Source: Raja brachyura
Lineage: Eukaryota
Reading direction: 5' to 3'
NCBI GenBank assembly: GCA_963514005.1
Contig: OY740781.1
Span: 179,056,001-179,120,000, forward strand
Length of the DNA stretch: 64,000 nt
Position 1 is the stretch's first letter, and every line of letters starts with the position of its first letter. The position numbers were made by a program, and so were the translations under genes. Shown here piece by piece: positions 13,720-26,009 of this stretch. The notes beneath the pieces were generated by a model. That model saw only the letters and a program-made list of their open reading frames with translations. It made no database searches and was not told the origin of the DNA.

Positions 13720-15615
13720 GCGAAGGGCGGTGAAGGACGCAAAAAGGAGGTACAGGGACAAGATGGAGTCACAGATGGAGCAGCAGGACACCAGACGCCT
13801 GTGGCAGAGGCTACGGACTGTAACCAACTACCGGAACACCCCACCCTCATCCGCAAGTGACGGCACTTCCCTAGCTGATGACCTGAACTCCTTTTGCGCT
13901 CGGTTCGAGATGAGCAACATCACCCCAGGTCTGCCGACTATCGACAATACCGCCAGCGGGCTGGCTAACGAAGCTGATGGGAGGAATGAGCACACATTCT
14001 CGCTGTCCGAGCACGATGTGAAGAGGGCTCTGACACGGATGAACACGAGGAAACCTGAGGCCCCGATGGCATCTCGGGGCGAGTACTTAAGTCCTGTGCT
14101 ACGCAGCTAGCTCCGGTGCTCACTACAATATTCAACCTCTCCCTGGACAAGTCCGTAGTCCCTGCCTGCTTCAAAAGATCCACCATTGTACCTGTACCAA
14201 AGAATGCCTCCCCAGCCTGTCTGAATGACTACTGTCCGGTGGCCCTCACCTCGATAGTCATGAAATGCTTTGAGAGGCTGGTGAAGAAACACATCTGCGC
14301 CTTCCGCCCTCGCAACATGGACCTGCTACAATTTGCATACCGTCCTAACAGATCCACGGACGATGCGGTCTCCCAGGTTTTGCACACCGCTCTCTCCCAT
14401 CTTGACAGCCAGAAGGGGGACTACGTGAGGATGCTGTTCATAGACTGACACGGGTGTCAGTTCAGCCTTCAACACGATAGTCCCCACCAGACTGGCCAAG
14501 AAGCTACTGGAATTAGGGCTCAACACCCCCCTGTGTGCCTGGGCCCTGGACGTTCTCACCACCAGGCCCCAGGTAGTCAAGATGGGAGGGAATACATCGA
14601 AGTCCCACACCCTGAGCACAGGATCCCCCCAGGGTTGCGTCCTCGGCCCCCTATTGTACTCCCTGTACATACATGACTGTGTGGCTAGGTTCAGCTCCAA
14701 CTCGATAATCAAGTTTGCTGATGACACCGTGGTTGTGGGCCTGGTCTCAGACAACGATGAGAAGGCCTACCGGGAGGAGGTAGCTGATCTGGCACTCTGG
14801 TGTCAGGACAACTGCCTCCTCTTGAACATCAAAAAAACGAAGGAGCTGATCGTGGAGTTTAGGAGGGCACATTATCCGAGGACGTACACACCATTGAGGA
14901 TAAATGTGGCTGTGGATAGGGTGAGCTGTTTTAAATACCTGGGAGTCCACATCTCTGAGGATATGACATGGACATCACACGCTGCAGCACTCATGAGTAA
15001 GGCAAGGCAGCACCTTTACTACCTCAGGCAATTGAGCAAATTCAGAGTGTCTCCGAGGATCCTCCAGTGCTTCTACTCAGCGGCTGTGGAAAGCATCTTG
15101 CCCGGAAATATTACAATTTGGATTAGGAATTGCTCTGCCCAGGACAGGAAGGCTCTGCAGAGAGTAGTGCGTTCAGCCGAACACACTATGGGAACTTCAC
15201 TCGCCCCTCTGCAGGAACTATACATCAGGAGGTGCAACTCCAGAGCCAATAAGATAATGGGAGACCCCTTCCACCCCTGCAACGGACTGTTCCAGCTGCT
15301 ACGGCCAGGCAAACGCCTCCATTGCCATGATGTGAGAACGGAGAGGATAAGAAGGGGTTTCATCCCAGAGGCCATTCGGACTGTAAACTCTTATCTCACC
15401 AGGGACTAACTTTAGTAACTTTACTGTACCACAATACCGCCCACAATATTTAATATGAAAAAGAACATGTGATTCTGTTCCATTCTGTTTGTAGTTTGTT
15501 GGTTGTTTGTTTGTTTGTTTTTTGCACAAAGTCCGCAGGCACTGCCACTTTTCATTTCACTGCACATCCCGTATGTGTATGTGACAAACAAACTTGACTC
15601 AACTTGACTTGACTT
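13720..15615 (+). mobile_element. 5'-truncated Rex1/Babar-type LINE (RT, disrupted)
   Basis: [49 protein letters not shown]; (acttg)n tail 15591-15615; interrupts gtctgtt|atgctgctgc, which is contiguous at about 3997. Confidence 0.92.
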
Positions 15616-16151
15616 ATGCTGCTGCAAGTAAGTATTTCCTTGTTCCATCATTGGTACTGTAGGATCACTGAATTCTCAATAATTTACTGAGTCCAGTGGA
15701 AGCATTTTAAAACGTTTTATTCAGGCACAATGGACATACGGCATCAGAGCAAAGCATTAAAATATCTTAACTAAAAATTGAACATATCATAACAAACGGA
15801 ACAAACAACTATGGAACTAGAACTGAAAGACTAAAGACTAAATATGACTTTTATGGACACACTGGAACAGAGAGTGATGAGGACGTATCAAGCACCTCGC
15901 ACCATGAAAGGATCATTGTTCACAGTTCTGGCCAGACTCCTGTCAGTTGTAACCTTAATCTCACAAACTGTTCCTGGACACTGCATTGAGCCAATCTGCT
16001 CGCATATTACTAAATGCAGTAGACGAGGTTTGTGGAGGCACATATGGACCTCCCTCTCACCTGGAAGGGTTGCTGGGGTTCCTGGAGGGAAGTGAGAGGG
16101 GAGATGTAGGGACACGTGTTATGTGATCCTGTTATTTAAGGAACAATAGAT

Positions 16152-19100
16152 AATAGTAAGATTAAACACGAACTTACCAGTTTGAAGTTTGATCTTGATT
16201 TTATGAGGAGTTACGTTGGTGATTACGTGAAGAAGGCCCGCCTGGCCGCATGCGCAGCAAACTTCAAAGCAGCGGTATGAAATCACAATAAACAACACCG
16301 AAGTAAACAGTAAGATCAGTGACTCGAGAACTACCAGATGATATTTTATGAGAGAGGGTTGGGCGTGGTGGGCACGTAATCACCAACGTAACTCCTCATA
16401 AAATCAAGATCAAACTTAAAACTGGTAAGTTCTCGTTTAATCTTACTATTTTACTTCCGAGTCACGTGAGTGATTCCGTGAAGAATTCAAAGCTTTGTGA
16501 TTTCCTGCCGCAGATTACAATCTCGGCATCCCACTGCATTTGATTGAGTCGAAAGAGAAATAAATGCATTAGTAATAACATTGTATTCAATGTAATGATA
16601 GGGTTTATTTAACAATGTAAACAAACAACAGGACCCCTAAAATTTAGGTACTTAAAATGTCATTGCCAAACAGCCCTGGATTGACAATTGGCCGATGATA
16701 AAATTCTGAAACATCACCTCATTTGCCCATCCGACGGTCGCTAAAATTTGGTCGATGGACACATCCCTCCCTTTGGCCGCCAACATAGCTGCTGCCCTAG
16801 TATAATGAGATGTAAACACACTATCTAAATGATATACTGATGTTGATGCTGACCTGGTGGAATGAGACATACAATTGTCAATGTTAATACCTGTTGCAGC
16901 CACCTTGAAATAGTCTGAACCGACCTTCTCTTGTGTAATTGTTTATTAACTAATACACAGTGCTGAATCCATACTTCTAAGGATTCTGGTGGCCTTGATA
17001 ACATAAAAATGAGACCGTTGGGTATTCGAAATGATCTTAAAAATCATGCCAGCCCTGGTCTGCTCTGCTAGTGTAGAACAGAATGTAAAATGTAATGGCA
17101 TGAACAGCCAATTCTATCCTGTCCAGCCACAGTGTGTGCAATGTTTTGCCGTTGTTGTGCTGATATTAGAGTCATGACTAAGGATGTAGCTGGAACCCCT
17201 TGGTGAAGTAATTTTTACACATTTACAATAACCAACTGCATAATCTTGTGATGTGAGTACTTGTATCAAGATCTTTTTAACGACTTGATATCCGGGTTGG
17301 ACCCGACAATGTAGTTCCCTTATGTTACAGCTGTAATTTCTCTATAACTGAGCTATTGTCAATGTTACTCAAAATGAACTGGAAATGTCAGTAATTTGTA
17401 TTGTATCAAATGTATCATTAATATTTAACAAACATTTCTGATCCCCTCAATAGAGATGTATTGCTTTTTTGGATGCTATCCATGCATACTGCAGTGAACA
17501 CCCGCATGGCTAAATGTGACAACCTGAGGCATAAGTCAATCCATTGAAAATGTGTAAGTCAATAATCGTTTAACTGTGCAAAGACCAGTCTCCTGAACCA
17601 CAGTTTACAACAGCAAGCTCTTGCTTTTTGGCATAACTGTACCGTTGTGCCATAATGCCTGATGGAGCAGGCAACATGGACACTTGGCCAGTCCGATAGT
17701 ACGAATCCAAACGAGGTATTGCTGACTGTTTTAAGACGCAGCTAATGAGGAAGACATAAAGTCCATTCCTCCTATTGAAGCGAGAATGTATTTCTCCACA
17801 CTGTTGCAAACAGTGAAACATGCATAAACATGACGAACATTTGATGAAGTATTGAATCATGCTTTAATCATACTTTGAGATCCAACAGTTATTCTGTGTT
17901 ATGATCAATCTAAACTGGATGATATACCAGTGGCAAGGAGATTAATTACAGGATATTCTTCCTAATTACCATGAGACCAACATATGTCACCATTGTAGAG
18001 TAGCAACTTAAATTTGTGCATGCAGAATATGTATATTCACTCAAAACCTTACTCAACCGTGCGTTTAGTGTATATATTTAGTTGATAGAAACATAGAAAC
18101 ATTGATACTAACAACTGAAGAATTGGTAACTCATGCAATCTGCACTCCCTTTGAGTAGGTGATGGTATTTGGAGTAGTGTATCAAGTTCAATGAGTTATT
18201 GTCATGTTCAGCAATGCTGAATACTGTTACTTCATCATTGTGGCTGAAGTAGCCTCAGCTGACAATAGCACAAGGTTGTTAGCAATGATCTAATTGCTAC
18301 TTACACAATATCAGTTCCTTGATTTGCTCAGCTGCAACACAGCTGCTATATTGCCAATTACTCTTAATGAAAATAACTCAGTTTTGTAACAGATTGCTAT
18401 AACCCCAATCTCTTGCCACAAGGCGGAGACAAGGCTAATAATAATTAAAGGTAAATCCCAATGACCAACAAACAGTTTATCCCATACTGAAAAGCTTTAC
18501 TGTTATAGTAGTTATATTGTCTTTGATAACCTTTGTAATGGGATTTGTATAACATGTTTCTCTTACCTTATGAATCTGTTCAAGTCAGGAATAAGTTTTT
18601 ACATTTGGAAAGTTCATATGCCCGATACTCTCCATTCTTCATAATAACATGCCAATCCTGCCTTATTGCATGGGTGGTTTGCATGAGAACTTCTGCCCAA
18701 TTTCCAAACCCTGGCATAATCTAACTTACTTGGAATGCTCCGGCTGTGCCTCAACCAAATATTTTTACCCTTTGTGTGTTGTACAAACAAATGTAAATAT
18801 TACAACTTGCGAACGGTGCACTACCCAAATTTTGGAAGTGCTAGACCCATTTAGTTGAGCATGATTGGAAGGTGCATGGAATTTCTGAGCTATCATGCTG
18901 CCCCCAGCTCCAGTGAACCGGTACTGCCGATGAGCACCTGGGGTGCATTCTGAATGATGACTTTTCCCGTTGTTGGCCGAATTAATTCATCTGCCAGGCT
19001 TCTTCCCCTGTAGAATAGACCTACCTGAATAACCGATTCAGCGGCTGGCTCTCACATCCCCCTGTTGGCATTGTTCATTGCCGGCACATATGTGCTTGAG

Positions 19101-19850
19101 TCTGTTCTATTGACATCTTTAGAGCTGGAGTCATCTTGATCTTTTGCTCTTCCCTCCTCAGAGGGGGTGATTCGTAGGCAACTCTAACAGGCGCTGCCGC
19201 AGGATACAAATTCTGATATTAACCCATTGGCCTTAACCCAGTAGAATATTCTACTGGGATGGCAACTTTATTGTCAGGAAAGGTACCTCTGACACATGCC
19301 CTCCATCCCTTTGGGTATGCCCCACGGCCATACCCTGAGACTCAGTGTCAGAAGGATACTGACCCATCTTGGTCTCTGCCTCCAAGAGGGAGACCTTTGC
19401 AGCACTGTATACAACAGTTGCTGTATTTAGGATTGTCGTTTCAACGCACTATCCAGCCCCGGTGAGGAATTCATCCCCCGACTCCGTGGGCCTTTCTCTC
19501 TCTGGTGGAGAATCATCTCCCAACTCCGTGGGCGAGCAGATATGTGTGAATTTGAGCAACCCTGTCCCAGGCGTTGCTGGCGCCGCCTTTCATAAAGGTC
19601 GATGCTTTTTGACATGAACAGCCCTGCATCAGGCGCTGTTGGCACGGCTCTCCTGTAGGCCGGCACTTCACACATGAAGCAGCCCTGTCAGGCACTGCTG
19701 GCACGGCTCTCCCATAGGCCGGTAATGTCACAAATGAAACAGCCCTGTATCAGGTGCTGCTGGCACGGCTCTCCCGTAGACCGGCACTTTCATATATGAA
19801 GCAGCCCTATCAGGCGCTGCTGGCGCGGCCTGTCCCATAGGCCCACGCTA
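16152..19850 (-). mobile_element. Degenerate DIRS-type retrotransposon (3' terminus intact, 5' end lost)
   Basis: Terminal and internal-complementary sequence is homologous to the 48.9-49.2 kb element; 78-bp inverted repeat 16152-16229/16373-16450; YR remnant SHSTRSASTS...ILATVGW (16652-16903). The right boundary is approximate. Confidence 0.8.
19556..19843. repeat. About 61-bp tandem repeat, 5 copies, at the 5' end of the DIRS remnant
   Basis: Unit cagccctg..caggc.ctgctggcacggctctccc.taggccggcact...atgaa starts near 19556, 19618, 19679, 19739 and 19801. Confidence 0.85.
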
Positions 19851-20297
19851 TTGCTGTGTAAGCTCACTAAATCAACATTTAATGTACAGCTTTACGTGTG
19901 AAGGGTAAAAATAAATCATAGCAACCTGTGCTTAAACAATTATAACATTGTCACAACATATAACAATAACTTTTTACTTTGCCTTTAGCTTTTACTTAAA
20001 GAAAAAACACTATAAAACACATACTTTTTATTATAAGGAGAAACCCTTTATAGCCCCACTCACCTGTCCAAATAGGGCTGAATGAGTCCTATTCCAATTT
20101 CCTATGGTCTCCATCACACCATTAACTTTTTTTCAGCTTCTTTTTTAAAAAAAAACGTCTATTTTGATATGATCTACAAATTGCAACATATCTGCTTATT
20201 ATCAATTTGACTATCATGATGTCATCAGTGTTTTCAGTTGCACCAGTGACTGGCCTTTGCAAATTCATTATATTAAGCAACCCCTAGTTATTCGGAA

Positions 20298-20305
20298 TAT
20301 AAATA
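20298..20305 (+). promoter_or_regulatory. TATA box of the chemokine gene
   Basis: TATAAATA ending 75 nt upstream of the ATG, consistent with a short 5'UTR. Confidence 0.6.
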
Positions 20306-20379
20306 CAGAGGAAATAGAAGGAACAAAGAAAAACCGACTGAATCAGAAAGGCAAGGCTCGAGAAGACTGGAATCTGACA

Positions 20380-20443
20380 ATGAAGTACAGTGTTAGTGTT
20401 ACACTCCTGCTGCTGCTTGGAATTTGTGCAGCTTTGTCCATGG
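20380..20443 (+). CDS. CXC chemokine exon 1 (signal peptide, 64 nt)
   Basis: ATG at 20380, hydrophobic LLLLLGICAAL, phase-1 donor G|gtgagg at 20444. Confidence 0.92.
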
Positions 20444-22483
20444 GTGAGGAAAATACCCTAGATCTTGTCAATTATAGTCTTTAAGCTTTATAGTTGTAAT
20501 TAGATTTTTGATTAATTCAGCCAGTTGAATGAACTATTGAAGACAGTTCGCCGAATGTTTACTTGGATAATATTAGATATGGATTGTCTTATAATAAATG
20601 GTTGAAGCGGGTGGGTTGGTACTCATAGTAACTTAAAAAGTGAGCGGTGATCACACTGCAACATAGAATCCAGAGGGGTTTGGCAGATTCTGATTCAAAG
20701 ACACTGTATGTTTTCCAGGTTGTTCTATTTGATGTTCAGTCTTGCAGGTTACCATGTGTCCAGATGGAACTTGATGTGTCCTTCCATAGTCTTAGAATAG
20801 GCCTTGTTATAACAGTGCAGAAGGCCAAAGAAGAGGCCACATTGTGAACACTGAAAGTAATTAAACTAATTTTAAGGAATATATTTTTACAACATGCCAT
20901 TTGTTTTACAGCGGCTCATATAAATAACAATGAAGGAGCACGATGTAGGTGCAACACATTTGGAAAAAAATCCATGACGAAGGATAATATTCATAGAATT
21001 GAAATCTTCACACCGAACAGAAATTGCAAATACACGGAAATCATGTAAGAATTGTTCGTGCATTTAAATTTTCATGTTTATATTTCAATGGGAGGGATTT
21101 ATGATAATGTGGAGAAATTGTATGAATTACATTTTTATCTGCAGATCATCTGCCACAAGTGAAAGGAACAAACAAGAGAACTCTGACAAACATTTTTTAA
21201 TTAAATTATGTTGCAATTTATCCCCCAACCCCCCCACCCCCTCCAAAAAATCTAATAACTAGAAAGATTAAATATCTCCGTTTTTCTTTCAGAGCTTATC
21301 AGATATCACCACGCAAGGAAGTTTGTTTGAGTGGGAAGACTCCCTGGGTGAAGAAGCTTATTACTGACTTACTTAACGAAACTGAAAAGTAGGATACATT
21401 TTGAAGGGCTTCATTGCCACAATGGTATCCTGAGCTGATGAAACAGGTTTTATACCTACAAACGTTTTTTTATGGTGAAGTGATTTTAATTCTAAATAAA
21501 AAGGATTGTATTTCTGATATGATTTAAGCATCAAATAAATGGCATTCTAAAATGTATTTGTCTGGCCTAAACATAATTCCAAATCTTCTATCTCTTCCCT
21601 ATGAGGGAAAGCCTCCAATATTAAATCATAGAATGAGGTTCACAGCAGATAATTCAGCCCAAATGTCTTTGCTGGTTATGTAAAAGTGATATTCATGTAC
21701 TCTCACCTATTGCTCTTCAACTCTCAACCACCACCAAACCTCCGCCACTATTTCAGGTATTTTCAAAGCCTTGCAAATATCTCTGCTTTGAAAGTTCTTC
21801 CATCTAACTCTTTAATGAAAGTTACCATTAAATCTGCTTTCATTGCCTTTTCAGAGAGAAACTCCAGATTAACAGCTCTTTTCCTTGTGTTTCTTCTGCA
21901 AATGTATCCATATACGTGCCCTCTAGTCAATGATGCTTTTGCTACGAGCAACACTTTCATCTTAGTGTCTCCATTTTATATTTCATGATATACTGGATAT
22001 TGGATATACAGTATGCTTCAAATCTCACCTTCACTCCACGTATGTCCTGTTAAATAATCCAAGCTTCTCCATTTTCTCAATAAAATAGAGATTACAAAAA
22101 CATGGCTTCATTCTTGTAAATCAGATTTGTTGGACTTTGATTTTGGATGTAATTTGGTGCCATGAACTGGAAGGATTACATCAGCTAGAAACCTCTGAAA
22201 GGTTTATCATAGTTCCCTGCTATTTTTTAATTCTATGATGAGATGAACAAAGCGCAGAATCCCTGTTTCCTTTTTTTAATGGCCGTCATTGGCACATCAG
22301 GATGGAGGTGATTGAGCTTTCCTGATCTGATGACATTGTAAATCCAGGGGCACGGTACTATACCCGACTCCGCTTTTTCCAGACACATCTTTCCAGCCAC
22401 TGCTCGTTTCTTTTCAGGGTCTCTATTATTCTGTCATTCTCCTTTTCTCTGTCAGTAACACAAGGAACATTAAATTAGAGTAA
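20380..22483 (+). CDS. CXC chemokine gene (ELR-negative, CXCL8/CXCL13-like). join(20380-20443,20912-21044,21293-21388,22456-22483) = 106 aa, or a 3-exon form ending at TAG 21392 = 98 aa
   Basis: Spliced translation MKYSVSVTLLLLLGICAALSM-AAHINNNEGARCRCNTFGKKSMTKDNIHRIEIFTPNRNCKYTEII-AYQISPRKEVCLSGKTPWVKKLITDLLNETE(K* or NNTRNIKLE*). Signal peptide, C-X-C plus two further Cys, EII and CL..PWV motifs, GT-AG introns in phases 1,2,(2). Subtype cannot be assigned by eye. Confidence 0.93.
20912..21044 (+). CDS. CXC chemokine exon 2 (133 nt; CRC motif and third Cys)
   Basis: Acceptor ttgttttacag|, open frame ...EGARCRC...PNRNCKYTEI, phase-2 donor AT|gtaaga. Confidence 0.94.
21293..21392 (+). CDS. 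CXC chemokine exon 3 (fourth Cys and C-terminal helix)
   Basis: Acceptor tttttctttcag|, frame (I)AYQISPRKEVCLSGKTPWVKKLITDLLNETEK*. The TAG overlaps a possible donor AA|gtagga at 21389. Confidence 0.93.
22456..22483 (+). CDS. Putative CXC chemokine exon 4 (NNTRNIKLE*) followed by 3'UTR
   Basis: Strong polypyrimidine acceptor ttctccttttctctgtcag|, phase-2 compatible, short frame to TAA, AATAAA at 22630-22635. Confidence 0.6.
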
Positions 22484-25400
22484 CCAGAATAACGTGGATA
22501 AATGGTGTTTAGTTTAAGAGCATACTTCATATTATTTTAAGCTATAAGCAGCATTGCAAAGCAAGAAATGTGTCTGTCGAGAGCTTGCTATATTATATGT
22601 ATGAGAAATTATGTGCGCCAAGTTTTGTTAATAAACTGCTTTGAATCCAATAATTGAATCCTGTTCATCATTTTAAAGAGACACACGGAGAATGATACTG
22701 AACACCAAAGCTAAGTTAAGTCATTTAGATTTATAGAGGTAAAGAACACAGAAATGGGCTGAATGAGTCTGAAAATGGGTCTTGACCCGAAACATCACCT
22801 ATTCTTTTCTCCAGAATTGCTGCCTGACCCGAAGAGTTGCTCCAGCATTTTGTGTCTGTCTTCGACAGGAACGGGCAAATCAGCATACCATGTCCATGAT
22901 ATCCAGTACTCATCTATATCAATGCCATTTACTAGTACTTTGTCTGTAACCTTCTATGCATTGGCAATACAAGTGCTCATCCAGAAGCTTCTATAATGTT
23001 GTGAGAAACCTATCCACACCACCCACTGTGGTAAAAAGTGTTAAACATTTGTAACATCTTCTGCGTGACTACGTTTATCCTCAGCTTTGCTCTAACCACT
23101 TATCTCTTACTCCATCTTATCCCCTCCACAAGTCCAAGGCAGTGCAAGAAGTGGTCTTTATTCTGTTGCCGAGGTAGGATTAGAGTTGTTCAGGTCAGTT
23201 CAAGAATCTGACGATATAAGAGAGTAACTATTCCTGAATCTGGTGTTGCGGGACGTCAGGCTTCTGGACCACCTGCCTGACAGTAGCAGCAATAAGAGGG
23301 CATGGCCGAGATGGCCGGGATCCTTGATGTTAGGCAACACCGCATGCAGATGCGTTCAATGGAGGGGCGGGTTGTGCATGTCATGGACGGCAACTCGTCC
23401 TTGCGTTAGAATTGCCATACCAGGCCACGATGCGACCTGTCACAATACTTTCTGCAGTGTTTCTGTGGAATTGTGTTGGAGTATTTGGTGACATGCCAGA
23501 TCTCTTTAAACGTTGAAAAAAGTAGGGTTGTTGGCACTTCATGATTCCATCTACGTGCTGGGCCCAGGACACGTTATCTGAGATATTAACACCCAGGAAT
23601 TTGTGCAATGTCTTATAACTATCAGGATTCAATTCCATTTGAAATTCAATCTGATATGCTAGCACCAGCTATTCTGCTGCCTTTAACTCGATGATAATCC
23701 ATTGCCCAGCAAATATAACACACCTTGATCTGAAAGATCAAGACTAATCTTGTATATTCCCTGGATGAGATGTGCCAGTCTTCCAAGCCATTACAAGTCT
23801 TATTTTTAACAGATCCTTTTTACTATTAATAGGAACATATAGCACTGATGGAAAGTTGAGGACGAATGTGCCTCTGACAGCTTGGTGACAGAACTTATAA
23901 AGTAAAACAGTTATCTCGGTCTTTCCTTAAAATTAATTCATAACAGTGATCCGATCATGTATGATTTTGACTCATGGAAGCACAAGGAGGTCTTAAAGCC
24001 TCTTCATCCTTCTCCATTATTCAATAAGCATCCTGCACTCCAAGGAACAAAGTCCCAACCTCCTTACACCTCAGGCCCCTCAGTCCCAGCAACATCCTCA
24101 CTCATCTTCTCTGTACTCTCCCCCCAGCCCAATGACACCCCTGACCAAGACTGAACACAGCGCTCCAAATGTGGCCCCACCAACGTCCTGTACAACTGCA
24201 ACAGAACTTTCCAAACTCCACACTAAATACCCTGAACGCCAAGGGCCAATGTAGAACAAGCCCCCTCCATCATCCTACCCACCTATGACACAACCTCCAG
24301 GGAACCATGCACCAGCACCCCTACATCCCTTGCTCCACCACGGCCCCAGGGCCCACATACAACATGAAGGTCCCATCTCAACCCGACCTCCCAAAATCCC
24401 AAAACACCCCTCACCCACCGGCACCAAACGCCATCAGCTAGTCCTCAGCCCACTGGCCCAGCTGATCAAGATCCCACTGCAATCCTTTACAACCATCTTC
24501 ACTGTCCACAATACCACCTACTTTAGTGTCATCTGCAAACTGCACGCTAAAACTGTCAATAGTTTATCAAACATATTTTTATTTCGCAATAAATTATCTG
24601 CTGAAGGAACTCCCAGCATCTGTGGGATGAGGGGAGTAGTGATCGATGATTCTAACCAGTAGCGTCTAGGACCAGGGGTCATAGCCTCAGAATAAAATGA
24701 CGTTTCTTTAGGAAGTAGATAAGGAGGAATTTCTTTCGTCAGAGGGTGGTGAATCTGTGAAATTAATTGCCACAGAAGGCTGTGAAGGCCAGGTCAACGG
24801 ATTTTTTTAAGGCCGACATAGATAGATTCTTGATTAATATGCATGACAGGGGTTATGGGGAAAAGACAGGAGAATGGGGTTGAGGGGGAGAGATAGGTCA
24901 ATTATCGTAAACCTCCTCTGGACCCTCCCCAACACCAGCACATCTTTCTTCAGATATGCGGCCCAAAACTGCTCACAATAATCCAAAGGCAATAATCCAA
25001 ACTTGCCCTGCCTGCGACTTGTGTGTTCCCTCCTTCAGTCCTGCCTCCTACTGTAATGTCACTCCTTCAGTTACAGTATGTTGCCCCTCTTCACACTCAA
25101 ATATTTCTCTTCACACTTCTGCCCATGAGATTTCACTCACCATGAGTCTAACCATCCCAAACCAAGCTGTGATCTATCCTAATAAAATGTTTTCTTGTAA
25201 TCACAATTCCCTTTAAGTATTACTGAATGTTTTTTAAATGTGAGAATTCTGCTCAATATTATGTCCCTGCCCCCGTTCACCAATGATAGAGTACAAATTG
25301 TGGTGGTGACCCCATGAGTTAGCACTCAAACTGTTTTTGATTTCACAACACAATTAGAACAGGTTGTTGCACAACATTTCACAACCTGTATCCACGGGCC

Positions 25401-26009
25401 ATCCCTTCTCATGAGTTTACCTCCATCTTGAATATGGAATCTTAATAAGTTCTTAATTAGTGGTTGCAGCCCAGACCATCACAGAATTCAACATCTTTTC
25501 CATTGACTCCGTCTAAATTTCATCCTGCAATTAAGGACGAGTCTCACTCCAGATATTCCCTCTTCTCCCATCAGGGAAAGTGTACAGAAGTGTGAAAATG
25601 CATACTTCTAGATTCAGGGACAGTTTCTTCCCAGCTGTTATCAGGCAATTGAACCTTCCAATCACCAACTGGAGAGCTGCCCTGACCTATCATCAACCTC
25701 ATCGGAGAAACACAGACTATCTTTAGCCGGACTTTACCGGATTTTATCTTGCATTAAATGTTATTCCCTTTATCCTGTATTTGTACACTGTACACAGCTC
25801 GATTGTAATCATGTATTGTTTTTCCACAGACTGGATAGCGTGCAACAAAAAGCTTTTCACTGTACCTCAATACACATGACAATAAACTAAACTGAACTAA
25901 ATATTACTGTGCGGCATGGTGGTGCAGCAGTAGAGCTGCTGCCTCACACCAATTACAGTGTTGGAGACCAGGGTTTGATCTACGGGTGCTATCTGTATGG
26001 AGTTTGTAT

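Larger units (their letters stand above)
8770..15931. repeat. Segmental duplication block, copy 2 (with internal re-duplication about 11901-12430)
   Basis: Visibly high identity to 1-8294 and to 24128 onward; duplicated ORF-track peptides (818/9752, 2448/11193). Confidence 0.92.

Noticed and set aside
19556-19843. Regularly spaced repeats resembling a CRISPR array
   Set aside because: Whole units repeat without unique spacers; vertebrate context and no cas genes.
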